Shown here piece by piece: positions 15,001 through 21,354 of a stretch of DNA of 32,000 bases. Each line of letters starts with the position of its first letter. The stretch's first letter is position 1. A program made the translations under genes and the position numbers. The stretch comes from Candidatus Fokinia solitaria. GTDB taxonomy: Bacteria > Pseudomonadota > Alphaproteobacteria > Rickettsiales > Midichloriaceae. The stretch lies in the NCBI RefSeq assembly GCF_003072485.1, contig NZ_CP025989.1:540001-572000 (forward strand), written 5' to 3'. The notes under the pieces are model-generated. The model worked only from the letters and a program-made list of their open reading frames with translations, made no database searches and had not been told where the DNA came from.

Positions 15001-18000
15001 TTAATGCCATGCCTTTTGTCATGATTTTTGATCTTATTAAAGAACTCTTCTTCAGTAGTAGTAAATTGCTCTTGTAGATCTTCGAAAATCTTCTTAGCTT
15101 CTATGTATTGAACCTGTTCATCAATATTCTCTTTCATTTTTACGAATTCGTCACTTTTCTTACTCCAAGTTATAATAATATCCTGAAGCTTCTTTATCAT
15201 TATCGATAAATATTCCTCTTTTACTTTTACAAAATATCCATCAAACGTAATATCAGAAGTAGCGTCATTCCAAGATATGCACTGTTCATCTTTCACAAAT
15301 ATATTAGAGTTCGCTAAATGATTTATTCTCTGCCCAACTTCTATTATAAATTGACATTTTGCTTTTAATTCACTTTCTCCAGCTTTCAATAAGCTATCTA
15401 CTTTTTTTCTTAATTGCTCATCTTTCTCATAACTACTATGCGAAAGATCTTGAATCGCTTGAATTCCTTTATAACTAGGAAATTCAGCTTCTTTAAAAAA
15501 TTCTTCAAGACGTTTAAATTCATAAACTTCCATAGTAAATTTTTCTACTATCTTCAGCACCTCTTGCCTTACAGACGATATTTTTGATGTTGTATAACCA
15601 GCAATAGCTTTACAGAAAGTTTCTGCATCTGCAGCCCATTGTAATATCTCGCCAATTAGTGCTTTTCGCGGAAAAGTTGAAGATAACATCTCTTTTTTAC
15701 CACTTCTCTCTACGATCACAATTCCATTTAATGCTGTTCTCGAGATAGTCTTCAATAACGTTTCTAAGTCAAGTATTTTTTGTTCAGATTGCTCCTCGAG
15801 TACGTTCACAAGATCTCTCAAAGCAACACTATTACGTTCATTCTCTATATTTGCACTACCTGTAAAATAACCATTTAGCGCAAACTCAAGATTTACCTTT
15901 AGAGAAGTAGATTGTACGAATGATGCATCTTTCCGATTCTTTCCAAAAAGTGCTATCAATTCTTTTAATGATTCTTCAGAAACATCATAGAGATTCACTG
16001 CATCAGAAGAAACAAAAGATGAATCTTGCAGTGTTGAAAATTTCTTCTCTAAAGCTATACGCTTATTTAGATATTCATCATATTGTGAGAAGCTGGTAAT
16101 TTTATCGAATAATTTCGCAAATAATGCAGCATTTTCACGATATACGCTACCCGATAAAGTACCTTTAAAAGAAATTCCTTTGTTTAATGTGCTATAAAAT
16201 TCACTAAATGAATCTGACACAGTCTGTATCATTGCAAGATTCGCCTTACTCGCTTTTTCTAATTCAGAAGAAGCTAATTTTACTTTATGATACACGTACA
16301 TCTCTATATCTAGAGCTGCTTTTAAAAATTGTAGTAATTGTGCCAAAAGTACAATTTCAAATTCTGATGCGCCTTCTTTCGCTTTTTCTTTTTTTATTAG
16401 ATTTCCAAAAGTCACTTCGGCAGAACTTAACGCGTCGAATAAAGAAGCTCTTGCGCTTTTCATTTCAGCGGAAAATTCTTCACTTTCCATAATATATTGC
16501 TCCAACTCAGAATTCATTACATCGCTTCCTCTTGATAGCTCTTTTCCTGTAGCGATTTCTATCAATTTACTCTTATAAAGATATCCACTGCCATTATCAT
16601 TAGGAAATTTCACCTTTCCAAAATATTTCTTCGTATCTTCGATCTCAATATTAGAAGGCACTACTGAAGTATTGTATCGTGTATATAACTGCGTTACGAC
16701 ATCATCATCTACTGAGAACAGTTGTATATTTTTTTGCTCCATTACAAATAAGAGATGTTTCACTCTACCACTGTCTTTCAGATGAGATACAAAAACATCA
16801 TACTCGGCATCACCTATAACGAGTTTTACTCGCTTATACTGCAACAGTGCAGCACTAATATCTAATGTAGTACTTTCAGTAATAATACTGTCAAGTATTT
16901 TATAGAAATCATCATGCTGTACACTAAAATCTCTGCTGCTAAAACGACTATCACCAATAATTACTGTACCTCGCGTAACATTACTCTCAAATAAATTAGA
17001 CTTAACGTATTCTTCATCGCCTACAACGACAATAGCATCTTCGATATTGAAAAGACCGTCCTTTCTGTAATACGTATTACGCGAAGAAATCTCTAATCCA
17101 AGAAATTTTTTCACACCACCTTTTACAATGCCGTTCAAATCGCCTAGCACTGCATAAGCACTGCTTGCTAAAGCCTTATCTGATACTTTTTTCACTTCTC
17201 TTCTATTGGCAACATCAGAAAATACTACATAAAAGTCCTCTTCATTATTTTCAAAAACCAAATACACATTTCTTTCGTCTTTTTCATATTCATTAAGCGA
17301 AAATTTCAATGCAAGTTGCTTATTAGAAACAGCATAACATACGACGTCTTTGATATTATGCAAAATAAAAGCACCTCCAATACCTTTTAGTATTTCTGCT
17401 ATTTCTTTACTTAATACGTGAACATTTGGTTTTCTATCCATTAGCCACTCTAAATCCATAGCAGAAAGCTGTCCATCTGCGACTTTAGCAAAGCCCATAA
17501 TAACATCATCACTAAAGTCGTCTACTTTACCAGATAATGCATTAACTTCATTGGTAAATGCTAAATTTTCAGAATATTGAACTTTAGCTCCTTTCTCTAC
17601 TTTACCATTATTAATGATATAACAATCTACATCCTGTGACTCTCTGAAAAGCATCACTGCATGCTCAACACTATCAGCATTGATAACAATTACATAAGAA
17701 TCTTTGTTATCCACAGTATTAGTATATTTGAGCACTTTATAAGCTCCTACAGTAATTCCGAATTTTTTACTGAAAACATCTACTATGAAATGATTCATAT
17801 CTTCTAAAAATTTTTCCTTTTCTATCTCACTAATCTTATCATCAAGATCGCTTTGCCTAAATTCTGAATATACCATACCGTTAATAAGGCTTATTATTGC
17901 ATCATTTGTCGCAAAAGAACGCGGTATGTTTAGCACGTGATCTGGTTCTCCGATAAATTGAACCATCTTGCTGGAAATAACATCATCTACATAATGCTGC

Positions 18001-21000
18001 ACTTTTCCAGCGTCATCGATATAATATAAACCTCTACCACCTTCCTCATCTGATATATGCATGATTGATTCATTTTGAGTCATTCCGCTCTCACTTCCAG
18101 AATGAGATATTACAATAATACGCACAGTACCGCTTTCGATAATAAGATGCGCAAAGCTTTCTCCCTCAAATTTTCCAAATTTGCCATTCTCCTTACTTCT
18201 GTCTACTATTTCTGATAAAATACGCTCATTGTCAGACTTTTGCACAAAAATAAGATCTTCTTGAGTATCTTGAGAAATACCGTTATCCGCAGCATCTTCA
18301 AATTCAGAAGGATTTTCATCTCCTCCTACTTCTGATGTAGTATGATTGTAATTAGACTCTTGCTCGAAAGTAGGTTTTTGCTCAGTATCTTGGAAAGTAC
18401 CGTTATTCGCAGCATCTTCAAATTTAGAAGGATTTTCATCTCCCCCTACTTCTGATGTAATATTGTAATTAGACTCTTGCTCGAAAGTAGGTTTTTGCTC
18501 AGTATCTTGGAAAGTATCGTTATTCGCAGCATTTTCAAATTCAGAAGAATTCTTATATCTTCCTACTTCTGATGTAATATTGTAATTAGACTCTTGCTCG
18601 AAAGTAGGTTTTTGCTCAGTATCTTGGAAAGTACCGTTATTCGCAGCATCTTCAAATTCAGAAGAATTCTTATATCTTCCTACTTCTGATGTAATATTGT
18701 AATTAGACTCTTGCTCGAAAGTAGGTTTTTGCTCAGTATCTTGGAAAGTACCGTTATTCGCAGCATCTTCAAATTCAGAAGAATTCTTATATCTTCCTAC
18801 TTCTGATGTAATATTGTAATTAGACTCTTCCTCAGAAATAAATTCTTCTTCAGTACCTTGGAACTCTTCCTCAGGAATAAATTTTTCTTCAGCACCTTGA
18901 GAAATACCGTTATTCGCAGCATTTTCAAATTCAGAAGAATTCTTATCTCCTCCTACTTCTGATGTAATATTGTAATTAGACTCTTGCTCGAAAGTAGGTT
19001 TTTGCTCAGTACCTTGGAACTCTTCCTCAGAAATAAATTCTTCTTCAGTACCTTGGAACTCTTCCTCAGAAATAAATTCTTCTTCAGTACCTTGAAAAAT
19101 ACCGTTATTCGCAGCATCTTCAAATTCAGAAGGATCAATACTACCAATTGATTGCGTCTCCTCTAAATCCAGGTGTCCAATAGCAAAATTTATCACTGCT
19201 CTTCTACCATCATCAGTACTCATCATGTCGTACTCTGTAGGAAGATCTTTAGATTCAACACAAAAAGAACGTAGATTGAATGTAAGTTCTACAGCGCCTA
19301 CTAACTGCACTGCATTATCATCAGCATGATATAACGTATACCCTGACGCATCTTTAGAAATTAAGAATAAATCATCAATTACATATAACTGAGTAGTAGT
19401 CTTCGAATGAGAAGCAGTATTCTTAATAAATACACATCGTAATTCTGCATTAAAAACTTCTATACCAGCCTTCTCACATAATTGACGATAGAAATCTCTA
19501 TAACGCTCTTCATCACCTTCCTTCCTATTACTAACCTCTCTTTCATCTTCAGTAATATAATGAATAAGCTCTTCATCACTTTGCTTTTTACTCTCAACAT
19601 CCTCTCTCCTACCAACATTCTCTCTTCTTTTATTATCAGCACTTTCATTAGTAATATCTAATTCAAATAAACTTGTAATAAAGCTCTCAGACATTAGCGA
19701 TATTTCTTCTGTTTTCGCAGTAAAGAAAGGAATTTTTGAATGAGGCGATTTAGAGGAATAACATCCATCACCACAGTGAGTACTAGCGCTCTTAAGCTCT
19801 ATAACAGGCTGACCATTATTCTCTGTAACATAATACGCAGTATAATGATCATCTTTAGTAAACATGATAATCAACTTGCTATCATTACCTACATTGATAT
19901 TTAAAGTCCAAGCAATAGCGGTATGATCACTTTGCTCTACCACTTTAACAATATAGTAATCGCTTAATTTTACAGAACTATCCTTTTTAAAATCTTCAAG
20001 TGCACTTTTTATAAATTCTCGATATTCAATATCTTGAAAATATAATTCAATTGAAGCACCTTTTCTCTTCAGCCGAGGTAATGACAATAATTGAGAAGGT
20101 TTAAAATCATGAGTAGTAAAATCTAATTTTTCATCAACAAAATACACGTCGGACAAAGAGATATTATAGCCAAAGAATTCTTGATCCTTTCCTTTTTTTA
20201 TCGCCTCCCAAAAAGCAAAATTCCACAAATTTTCTACATCATCCTTGAAACTTCCTAAAGAATCATATTCTCGATCATATGCTGTTATAACTTCATCATC
20301 TTTTATTGAAGTTGCTACTATCGTAAACTTCTCTTTATCGTTTCGAGAAAAGATTAAATACAAATCCTTCGAAATTTCTGTGCTAAGTCTAACTGCTATA
20401 AAATTAGCTTCAATACTTGAAAATATATAATGCGATACAGATTTGAGCGACTTCTTAATATCTAATTCTTTAGCAATTTCAGTAATAATATCATTTTTTG
20501 GCAGTGGCTCTTTCTGCATATTCCCTCCTTCTATCATATTTACATCTAAAGCCTCTGCTTCTACATATTTAAGCGAAACACCTTCAAAAACCATCTTAGG
20601 AAGATAAGAAGGGATTCGGCCAATATCGCCTTTTCCTCTTACTTCTAAGAGCTCCTGCTGATTAAATTCTTTTATCAATTCCGCGTATGTAGCGTCAAAA
20701 TCTTTTGCATATTTTAGCAAGAACGCCTGTTCGATCTTCTCTTCACTCGCATAGTACGGTGCAATATTCTTTTTTCCGATTTCTACTATAAAGTACCCAT
20801 GCTCATCACGAGCAATCGCGTAGTACGATTCTTTAAATCCGCTACTAGTCTTATTTTCATCTTTAGATTTGCTACTCTCATCTATATATTTCACAAACTT
20901 CACATCTTCTTCCGGAAGAGAATCCATCGTAAAATTCACCCCTCTTTCTTCATATCGCTCTTTAAGTTTCTTCAAAAGCGAATCACTAAAAGGTAATTTT

Positions 21001-21050
21001 CTCAAATGTTCATCACCAAAAGAAGAGTCATTCTTCGTATGCTGTGTCAT
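1..21050 (-). CDS. Giant protein, partial (C-terminus beyond left edge), at least 7,016 codons; coiled-coil/helix-rich with internal acidic tandem repeats; function unknown
   Basis: ATG (cat at 21048-21050), N-terminus MTQHTKNDSSFGDEHLRKLPFSDSLLKKLKERYEERGVNFTMDSLPEEDVKFVKYIDESS. An in-frame TGA lies about 20 codons upstream. The same codon phase was read by hand as open around 20-18, 15.6, 13.4, 12.0, 10.0, 8.0, 6.6, 5.0 and 2.5 kb and at positions 3-100, with sensible E/K/S/L-rich protein throughout. No stop was found in this phase. Confidence 0.9.
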   Translation of the reverse strand, partial: MTQHTKNDSSFGDEHLRKLPFSDSLLKKLKERYEERGVNFTMDSLPEEDVKFVKYIDESSKSKDENKTSSGFKESYYAIARDEHGYFIVEIGKKNIAPYYASEEKIEQAFLLKYAKDFDATYAELIKEFNQQELLEVRGKGDIGRIPSYLPKMVFEGVSLKYVEAEALDVNMIEGGNMQKEPLPKNDIITEIAKELDIKKSLKSVSHYIFSSIEANFIAVRLSTEISKDLYLIFSRNDKEKFTIVATSIKDDEVITAYDREYDSLGSFKDDVENLWNFAFWEAIKKGKDQEFFGYNISLSDVYFVDEKLDFTTHDFKPSQLLSLPRLKRKGASIELYFQDIEYREFIKSALEDFKKDSSVKLSDYYIVKVVEQSDHTAIAWTLNINVGNDSKLIIMFTKDDHYTAYYVTENNGQPVIELKSASTHCGDGCYSSKSPHSKIPFFTAKTEEISLMSESFITSLFELDITNESADNKRRENVGRREDVESKKQSDEELIHYITEDEREVSNRKEGDEERYRDFYRQLCEKAGIEVFNAELRCVFIKNTASHSKTTTQLYVIDDLFLISKDASGYTLYHADDNAVQLVGAVELTFNLRSFCVESKDLPTEYDMMSTDDGRRAVINFAIGHLDLEETQSIGSIDPSEFEDAANNGIFQGTEEEFISEEEFQGTEEEFISEEEFQGTEQKPTFEQESNYNITSEVGGDKNSSEFENAANNGISQGAEEKFIPEEEFQGTEEEFISEEESNYNITSEVGRYKNSSEFEDAANNGTFQDTEQKPTFEQESNYNITSEVGRYKNSSEFEDAANNGTFQDTEQKPTFEQESNYNITSEVGRYKNSSEFENAANNDTFQDTEQKPTFEQESNYNITSEVGGDENPSKFEDAANNGTFQDTEQKPTFEQESNYNHTTSEVGGDENPSEFEDAADNGISQDTQEDLIFVQKSDNERILSEIVDRSKENGKFGKFEGESFAHLIIESGTVRIIVISHSGSESGMTQNESIMHISDEEGGRGLYYIDDAGKVQHYVDDVISSKMVQFIGEPDHVLNIPRSFATNDAIISLINGMVYSEFRQSDLDDKISEIEKEKFLEDMNHFIVDVFSKKFGITVGAYKVLKYTNTVDNKDSYVIVINADSVEHAVMLFRESQDVDCYIINNGKVEKGAKVQYSENLAFTNEVNALSGKVDDFSDDVIMGFAKVADGQLSAMDLEWLMDRKPNVHVLSKEIAEILKGIGGAFILHNIKDVVCYAVSNKQLALKFSLNEYEKDERNVYLVFENNEEDFYVVFSDVANRREVKKVSDKALASSAYAVLGDLNGIVKGGVKKFLGLEISSRNTYYRKDGLFNIEDAIVVVGDEEYVKSNLFESNVTRGTVIIGDSRFSSRDFSVQHDDFYKILDSIITESTTLDISAALLQYKRVKLVIGDAEYDVFVSHLKDSGRVKHLLFVMEQKNIQLFSVDDDVVTQLYTRYNTSVVPSNIEIEDTKKYFGKVKFPNDNGSGYLYKSKLIEIATGKELSRGSDVMNSELEQYIMESEEFSAEMKSARASLFDALSSAEVTFGNLIKKEKAKEGASEFEIVLLAQLLQFLKAALDIEMYVYHKVKLASSELEKASKANLAMIQTVSDSFSEFYSTLNKGISFKGTLSGSVYRENAALFAKLFDKITSFSQYDEYLNKRIALEKKFSTLQDSSFVSSDAVNLYDVSEESLKELIALFGKNRKDASFVQSTSLKVNLEFALNGYFTGSANIENERNSVALRDLVNVLEEQSEQKILDLETLLKTISRTALNGIVIVERSGKKEMLSSTFPRKALIGEILQWAADAETFCKAIAGYTTSKISSVRQEVLKIVEKFTMEVYEFKRLEEFFKEAEFPSYKGIQAIQDLSHSSYEKDEQLRKKVDSLLKAGESELKAKCQFIIEVGQRINHLANSNIFVKDEQCISWNDATSDITFDGYFVKVKEEYLSIMIKKLQDIIITWSKKSDEFVKMKENIDEQVQYIEAKKIFEDLQEQFTTTEEEFFNKIKNHDKRHGIKYTVSHSKEAAIGNSFSDVVRTHFYGYLANVDNKVKSLLEGNWWKANKESKELYNKLIALLHKTNVDDIIGLHDEFDELVYTLQPKAIAIFDKAIDAEKSKRIKATEKLEALFIECKDEQSRCSKEDINAALGDLVTEEGVMSFSATGYITRSMIDVIQEFFTNEESEKFHRIKKIISGISNKKEIGEKLWQHVLRYPVEAEKFNIEMSNLEKAAINGTMWQSVQDALLNEKLHVEQFGDFISIEEEIFEYRKDAIQVNALLIKEAYELIKQDESLSKGVEDQHDADRIAKTLADERTSLIAQYNLVEREKELLQSIKKWKSYNMDVLGDIELRVDNVEQIHRAQMIYGSVAAADLGLSVINNFNVCMSALGEVRDRVVEDFKKAIEDTQKELISQRDKVESLRLLAVIPYSSSELHEKEKEIAALSKLLENTQEQFDIKLKEAEASLSSLMNDVFFANITKDALLITDERLKNYLEEQKATAHKVEDYESKKRELGDKIAVLKEFEETLEEVLSRSDALSIVMDKKARWYSILEERVQSGDDTLRDILQEDSLNSQEQADTLLEKIEAHVRLLNGQLGASEQSQSDNEGGVLSSILKPSSIGGSILHRKSLEELHKSISSYKAGMKDKLYAPIEVVIEKSRGELEVAQYASYIIELQDSGKLAQELDLFKKTLIKDFSATSMIAMWFQQAKGRVKQVREKFIADNKLKSAQELRQISCFSNNESLGCDSKIADVYELSEKYYKNLDIFGFATTELHEIGKELYALLRYIDDGRDVAEDTKGFNLREVISTNLRITSEHVRNHKVHIKVLEAEKSAISKWDAVFKRKVEAIERKLHKFSSEAKIEDLSSKIALSRDALDKATTAIDVKLKNLYIKVEIREWRENVVKIYAEFQKAITDISMKELFKSLKFQNFNFAPLTESNSVKLALEPFENYVSKMKEFSEYEAFETKEALKEMEALKVEMNSFISTQENQMKIAIGNIKRNYDAVEAALILEANSIRSALLASLEKYDQDVLLMERGDIIELVNKEQNKIASAFNSNKERFTALLGKIKDEIEEINYKRYVNEVAYNEDMSDSIKELITAYSNILKAKIDDLSIGSLIDNLEHSYTKLSHLQLKNEARVLLNEYQKKKAKLILDGVRSGEKNIYTTIHNEYVLVLEKVQNIQAQFEKNLKSVGNMLPDSALYQKFDVNDAIISLAREDVLISEQIAVELKNELLEQEQNLPLQLSHNLIFAELRQQILDEGRRCSGNDRESFADYIRQKCISKTIFNFSQFKKYDNGAVCDVSDVKFDSSELALYDYTGYRLHYAKEMQKVVNSFIQRKDNIDSVLSNLFDKSNADIITPAALKDLLLKKEINESEAYEVIIGIVDKAAERYSVFDITFVLSMAQRVLYDRLSRSVEDINKLIQNYSLLFTSHPSYEKEKAIFDESVQKLENAWKDSSYSKDGLILRKEVESLYSYLKEGDSASSHVWPYKSDQEICERLLLALRDKEETSDAIIQYLGKLGLSENKNLVVKEALTNWFSSDRKQVALDKLFLVLWASIDSGDRYREYIIQAEMDLVERYVKKVYSGNSAVVELVKDKAFKAIKQSQSATSKKEASKKEIQYKYDSISPEEKWMCVKISEKVTSLQNSYKAWKGNSVKVDDTLWNDPLFSTIASNVSRAALLTDLNFADKLAASKAILSDTDVANMRSEFSALEDKLIHTLPEKVMKMIKEKEQLEKILQIMKHVIQFTTAEDSSSVKAFINQVDLYISGGVATISDIYHGIVDRYKESELMILVNKSNRATIERVIKEFEQVLQAKKSDIINEAVPFLKAAVADDGSILNSTSTVLKEISNDKTNPSFNMRFEAIRDALTTDKSVVDLGKLAEGKSIINSYLDSISNEIFSFQERSKLLNSYISVLEDRQENAKILLNTLQSSIDINAVNNNWNEAAEFLQNLKQIIANGRKSNSEGLLEDLRKFVDSTYVAKDNQAGATELLKGVRELIADGEQYSESRLLKELEALVTIFNVDLQQFEEQVTKFWKDLSQNLSRGNVFVARYLKDIKGTMKKLSPITEEHRKYANSANELIESLLQELNPALVKEREMLQSLISYRDAVNGKNFIQSQEELLKYPLFKEIKSLSFYDAYEALQYQFLYNKELMQLSAYDAFNALESGQGRRNTKAEFMEVINDKANDVLFLEELPRALTGYRASATMSDTDLSIFGVTSQLSHSASFPLLQDDKNRTPADKLFAKALTSFFAVPAKDSPSIVEAVLLSTTSTNVGVRNFISDAMDNISKIYDSTIEDLAGNALTSKVSATYNTLDEWKKTLGGASLSEAEMKRFFIGARDEIYKELANFEKNARLLVEDAAEFRALSIHTAGMFGLNVTSKESKTVFQNRFVDYINLATALKKLALPGKYYSEIMRQALKFMTDAFRYLDIREVETAARGSVSFANESKDKISSIVKEVFGKDYITENDFLISIRTEVQKKITDLIHQGVVVREIENTHQIANELKVLVGYLLKYDSENSTLSENDKLQNFKTLKNIKDNYLRNNWFNKPTLDREHWWNTFTKQYRTISDSYAAGKYMSFSEIVKMAYLSMVNSKEYEKYGNELKKTYGKWHHDFDGVLNALKNSSDFSDDSDVKLEEAIERNSNSIVEAFWQNIADVVHKLGAEEFPNTESFRERLGKMIPSHFGMKDVISEFAHTIFSTYSRSDATTREKIDLFIVVVNQLSIAATGREGISINALQEAHGGKLSLQILEEKLSSIVNDLSAIKNAFTDTVIQHHSSARLFSNAVSLHVSDINKAFMAPLLEVDVEISLSQQLAAQVLTNFVSCSLRNGNIMKYQDRANSNEMQRIEALLAEMQCVEWNEIFVPEKLSKSSVKRIHDYLSEKLSNISAEQFGDISSMHAFLVKDQVLSQVFGLGALQGIFDEFKEYVTQKLDMKQADIAEMFVALLKEQYARFIVSAKESNLLEGANEIVPEYIPLQTIAFAAISERYDMKSMEDFAEKYFYYSELFPKCLAHTEASFISSSWKSENEVAVRNYCNNLLRNEGKNPDDYTEVVSLFSSAIYRIREDIGVDALIGGVYNAQIIQDIKEYVFRDGVLDFEKYALGTVENNFVRSFAAKLKKSVAIPKVEKEKIEKEVEVITKRRDSLSKSVKDFEKVQQSLGGIYATVSEYSEAKSELNNYKKHFDENTAEILKNLRTVIHLGVVRANKDIATLFKELGLGDFSIKDSSSFKAQVQKRFNKETQSVTEEVDYSLGTLTAKEPEEFKAAITSLRQKVTEQQWNILGSAIFNSYQSYKAPSAEKMIGALKSLSTYELCDIADRIGISARNQVMPDIYSFLRAFAEKIVANGEDFLEDFVLTAEEFDKIKDALEKAQVRGDDVIRNPNIDVNILDIDDEAFLKSLGDTQYRLADLLSIVAKEDNDAIEWLNDNLNNKEKEKLIRAVVASYEATDSKIGDTIGVIGRISNYLSSYFIDPSEENAIHRAALQKRLSNIQYKSEESEKNMKRDISRFIETQVEKLFSLVVEMAKHLDGDNDMVNAQDLFSLVDIMEKSLIAHEAISSDFSKEIHDAADSLKKLETVSFKVKTIWSYLRDDEPVSLMSTIYSEMKNYLHQSASAERMFIESNNKALDIKEMFVRLLEQFDVIPQRFLQLDIEQRDKSIAEYIAEREEENSDIAGTTVLRQVFSFLKLFNADSRLVSAIHKIIEDNEPSYNPKMMIGDAMIEELFSVQQRAEVIDEAIAVYDKWYSENNGNIITAAEAAENSSIIEDLDKQIAERQEKLKVLNEQLSEEIVTQNINNFNTTHINIRAEELIYGNLKDVLADKDFANILSDAKMIASYPHFIKFLDNVLLYKTNKKENSINYIKKMEDALSAFLKVCKMIASLSKYEIFNVDILKFDDIDSVAKLIAKLDLSNIQLISDEGGKTDKALQSLQSALISKLQQIKDIVSDGAAELRTLKTASIPLSEFAATDATIFAFLKNENSMAFGYSAFLSCPVEGTHGFANIAERQYPFSIELQKSSNSYNVEYLLADMNTKMSEEKAKECGIDKIPDFLKLVCEKTFPRDKDRDDKAQHGADNEYFKRLQRTEDESSAKLSVDIKNLQNLSGQLVNYIKKELQDGNIKSYEDVQSLVAKDEKYSPSIQQLISKINGDCEYATISCRTLDVNGIIANIDSAPLLAFNEHARAISIANALNDHLMKLCRAHEKDFSDGIEQELLQRVSVIERAFKVLIEQEKWRLSSEMKLFEMQKADPSNHETIDKYRSLLNELLQHRLSEKSEMEAIKYYEQSHIVQRRAEIEYLEKELKSIDKVNDVTFSSKIDDILSSFRTEYQHMQDAREYYYSYHTKQMRDTVVSQQKEFTELLSQKLAPLSLNADSSLGGSDSVTGVDSELREKLKEDVETAKTDRYNYIQLSNFAKKNGIGMHSLEMIQAVSWVYSYYNVDYRAYRTSSGDWTAKQKEDMISKSNANMNKFIAGRNLASGELDISMQKIRQLVTSMYNDDISYFRKEMEKAYALVAKSLTEYVTSYKFELKAEHSDLRTSYYMNVLKQSAAAEASRLEKFYLTDIMKVLEGHKKSLVEVERYNDVKDKYELIAKNQQKLQDGLLKPISNYESTVNYSAVREYDSAIAQCGSMLRKLENLEQKASQLSKKEETIREEIGQNKGWSGKKNEYIAFSREIESLGNTLPSGNSCEKVVPFNDERVMNYSKVLQFILQENARKIESKKQTIHTLLSNKVREMQTYLAHREHMEALDNVERLLEKSTKALNEKILKITPLIINNAIDIAVYESYVAAARDDVKNSAEYAVMKELCHNRYSDDCDEVDNRVSNFGASIIGDLRSVAMVVGSEYAEALKKLSTETELVAQRIGKLTMLEEKDIRSAEDELDSSINSINEISYGRAVTNSNNLELHKILLLELQSKFAVAKSKAIEQINNNFVMRREYVSLSKYVIFDAQNKEFRQDENVKNDIWLIVRDGFRKSMEFNVQSCLSDVRHFTEQRITMPSKYKMREKDISGMEQ
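18246..19136 (-). repeat. Nested in-frame tandem repeat array inside the giant ORF: 117-nt (39-aa) units plus extra 39-nt (13-aa) sub-repeats
   Basis: The motif 'gaaagtaggtttttgctcagt' recurs at 18366, 18483, 18600 and 18717 (exact 117-nt spacing) and at 18990 (+273 = 117+117+39). Consensus is SEFEDAANNGTFQDTEQKPTFEQESNYNITSEVGRYKNS. The sub-repeat FQGTEEEFISEEE recurs at 39-nt spacing around 18834, 18990, 19029 and 19068. Confidence 0.95.
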
Positions 21051-21354
21051 TGCTTTTTGCAAATGTGTATCAAAAGTATCAAGAGGATAGTACCATAATC
21101 ACCGATCTAACACATTACATTTTTTCACATTTTTCTTTACTAAAGTGCAGGTAGTGTTAATTTTAGAATAAATCGCAACTATCTAATGCATTATTTCGCT
21201 ATATAATTCGACTTCATACTTTATTCGAGCCATTAAGAAGTAGTATTTATATCACTCTCTTATCTTTCAAAAATCTCTCTATTTCAAACAAAGCAAGTTA
21301 AAAAGCATTCTGATTATGAACATCTTTTCGCATCCATATTCTTAGTATATATCA

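Noticed and set aside
18953-19648. Minus-strand ORFs 18953..19147 (64 aa) and 19460..19648 (62 aa)
   Set aside because: Shadow frames in another phase of the giant ORF. The first looks repetitive (VLKKNLFLRKSSK) only because it reads the 39-nt repeats out of frame.
106-20430. About 25 short plus-strand ORFs in the track (106..366, 379..609, 2739..2960 through 20245..20430)
   Set aside because: All lie antisense within the single giant minus-strand ORF. They are short and low complexity, and none resembles a known protein. They are chance frames opposite a long coding region.
20799-21090. Plus-strand ORFs 20799..20996 and 20869..21090
   Set aside because: Antisense to the 5' end of the giant gene, with no recognisable product.
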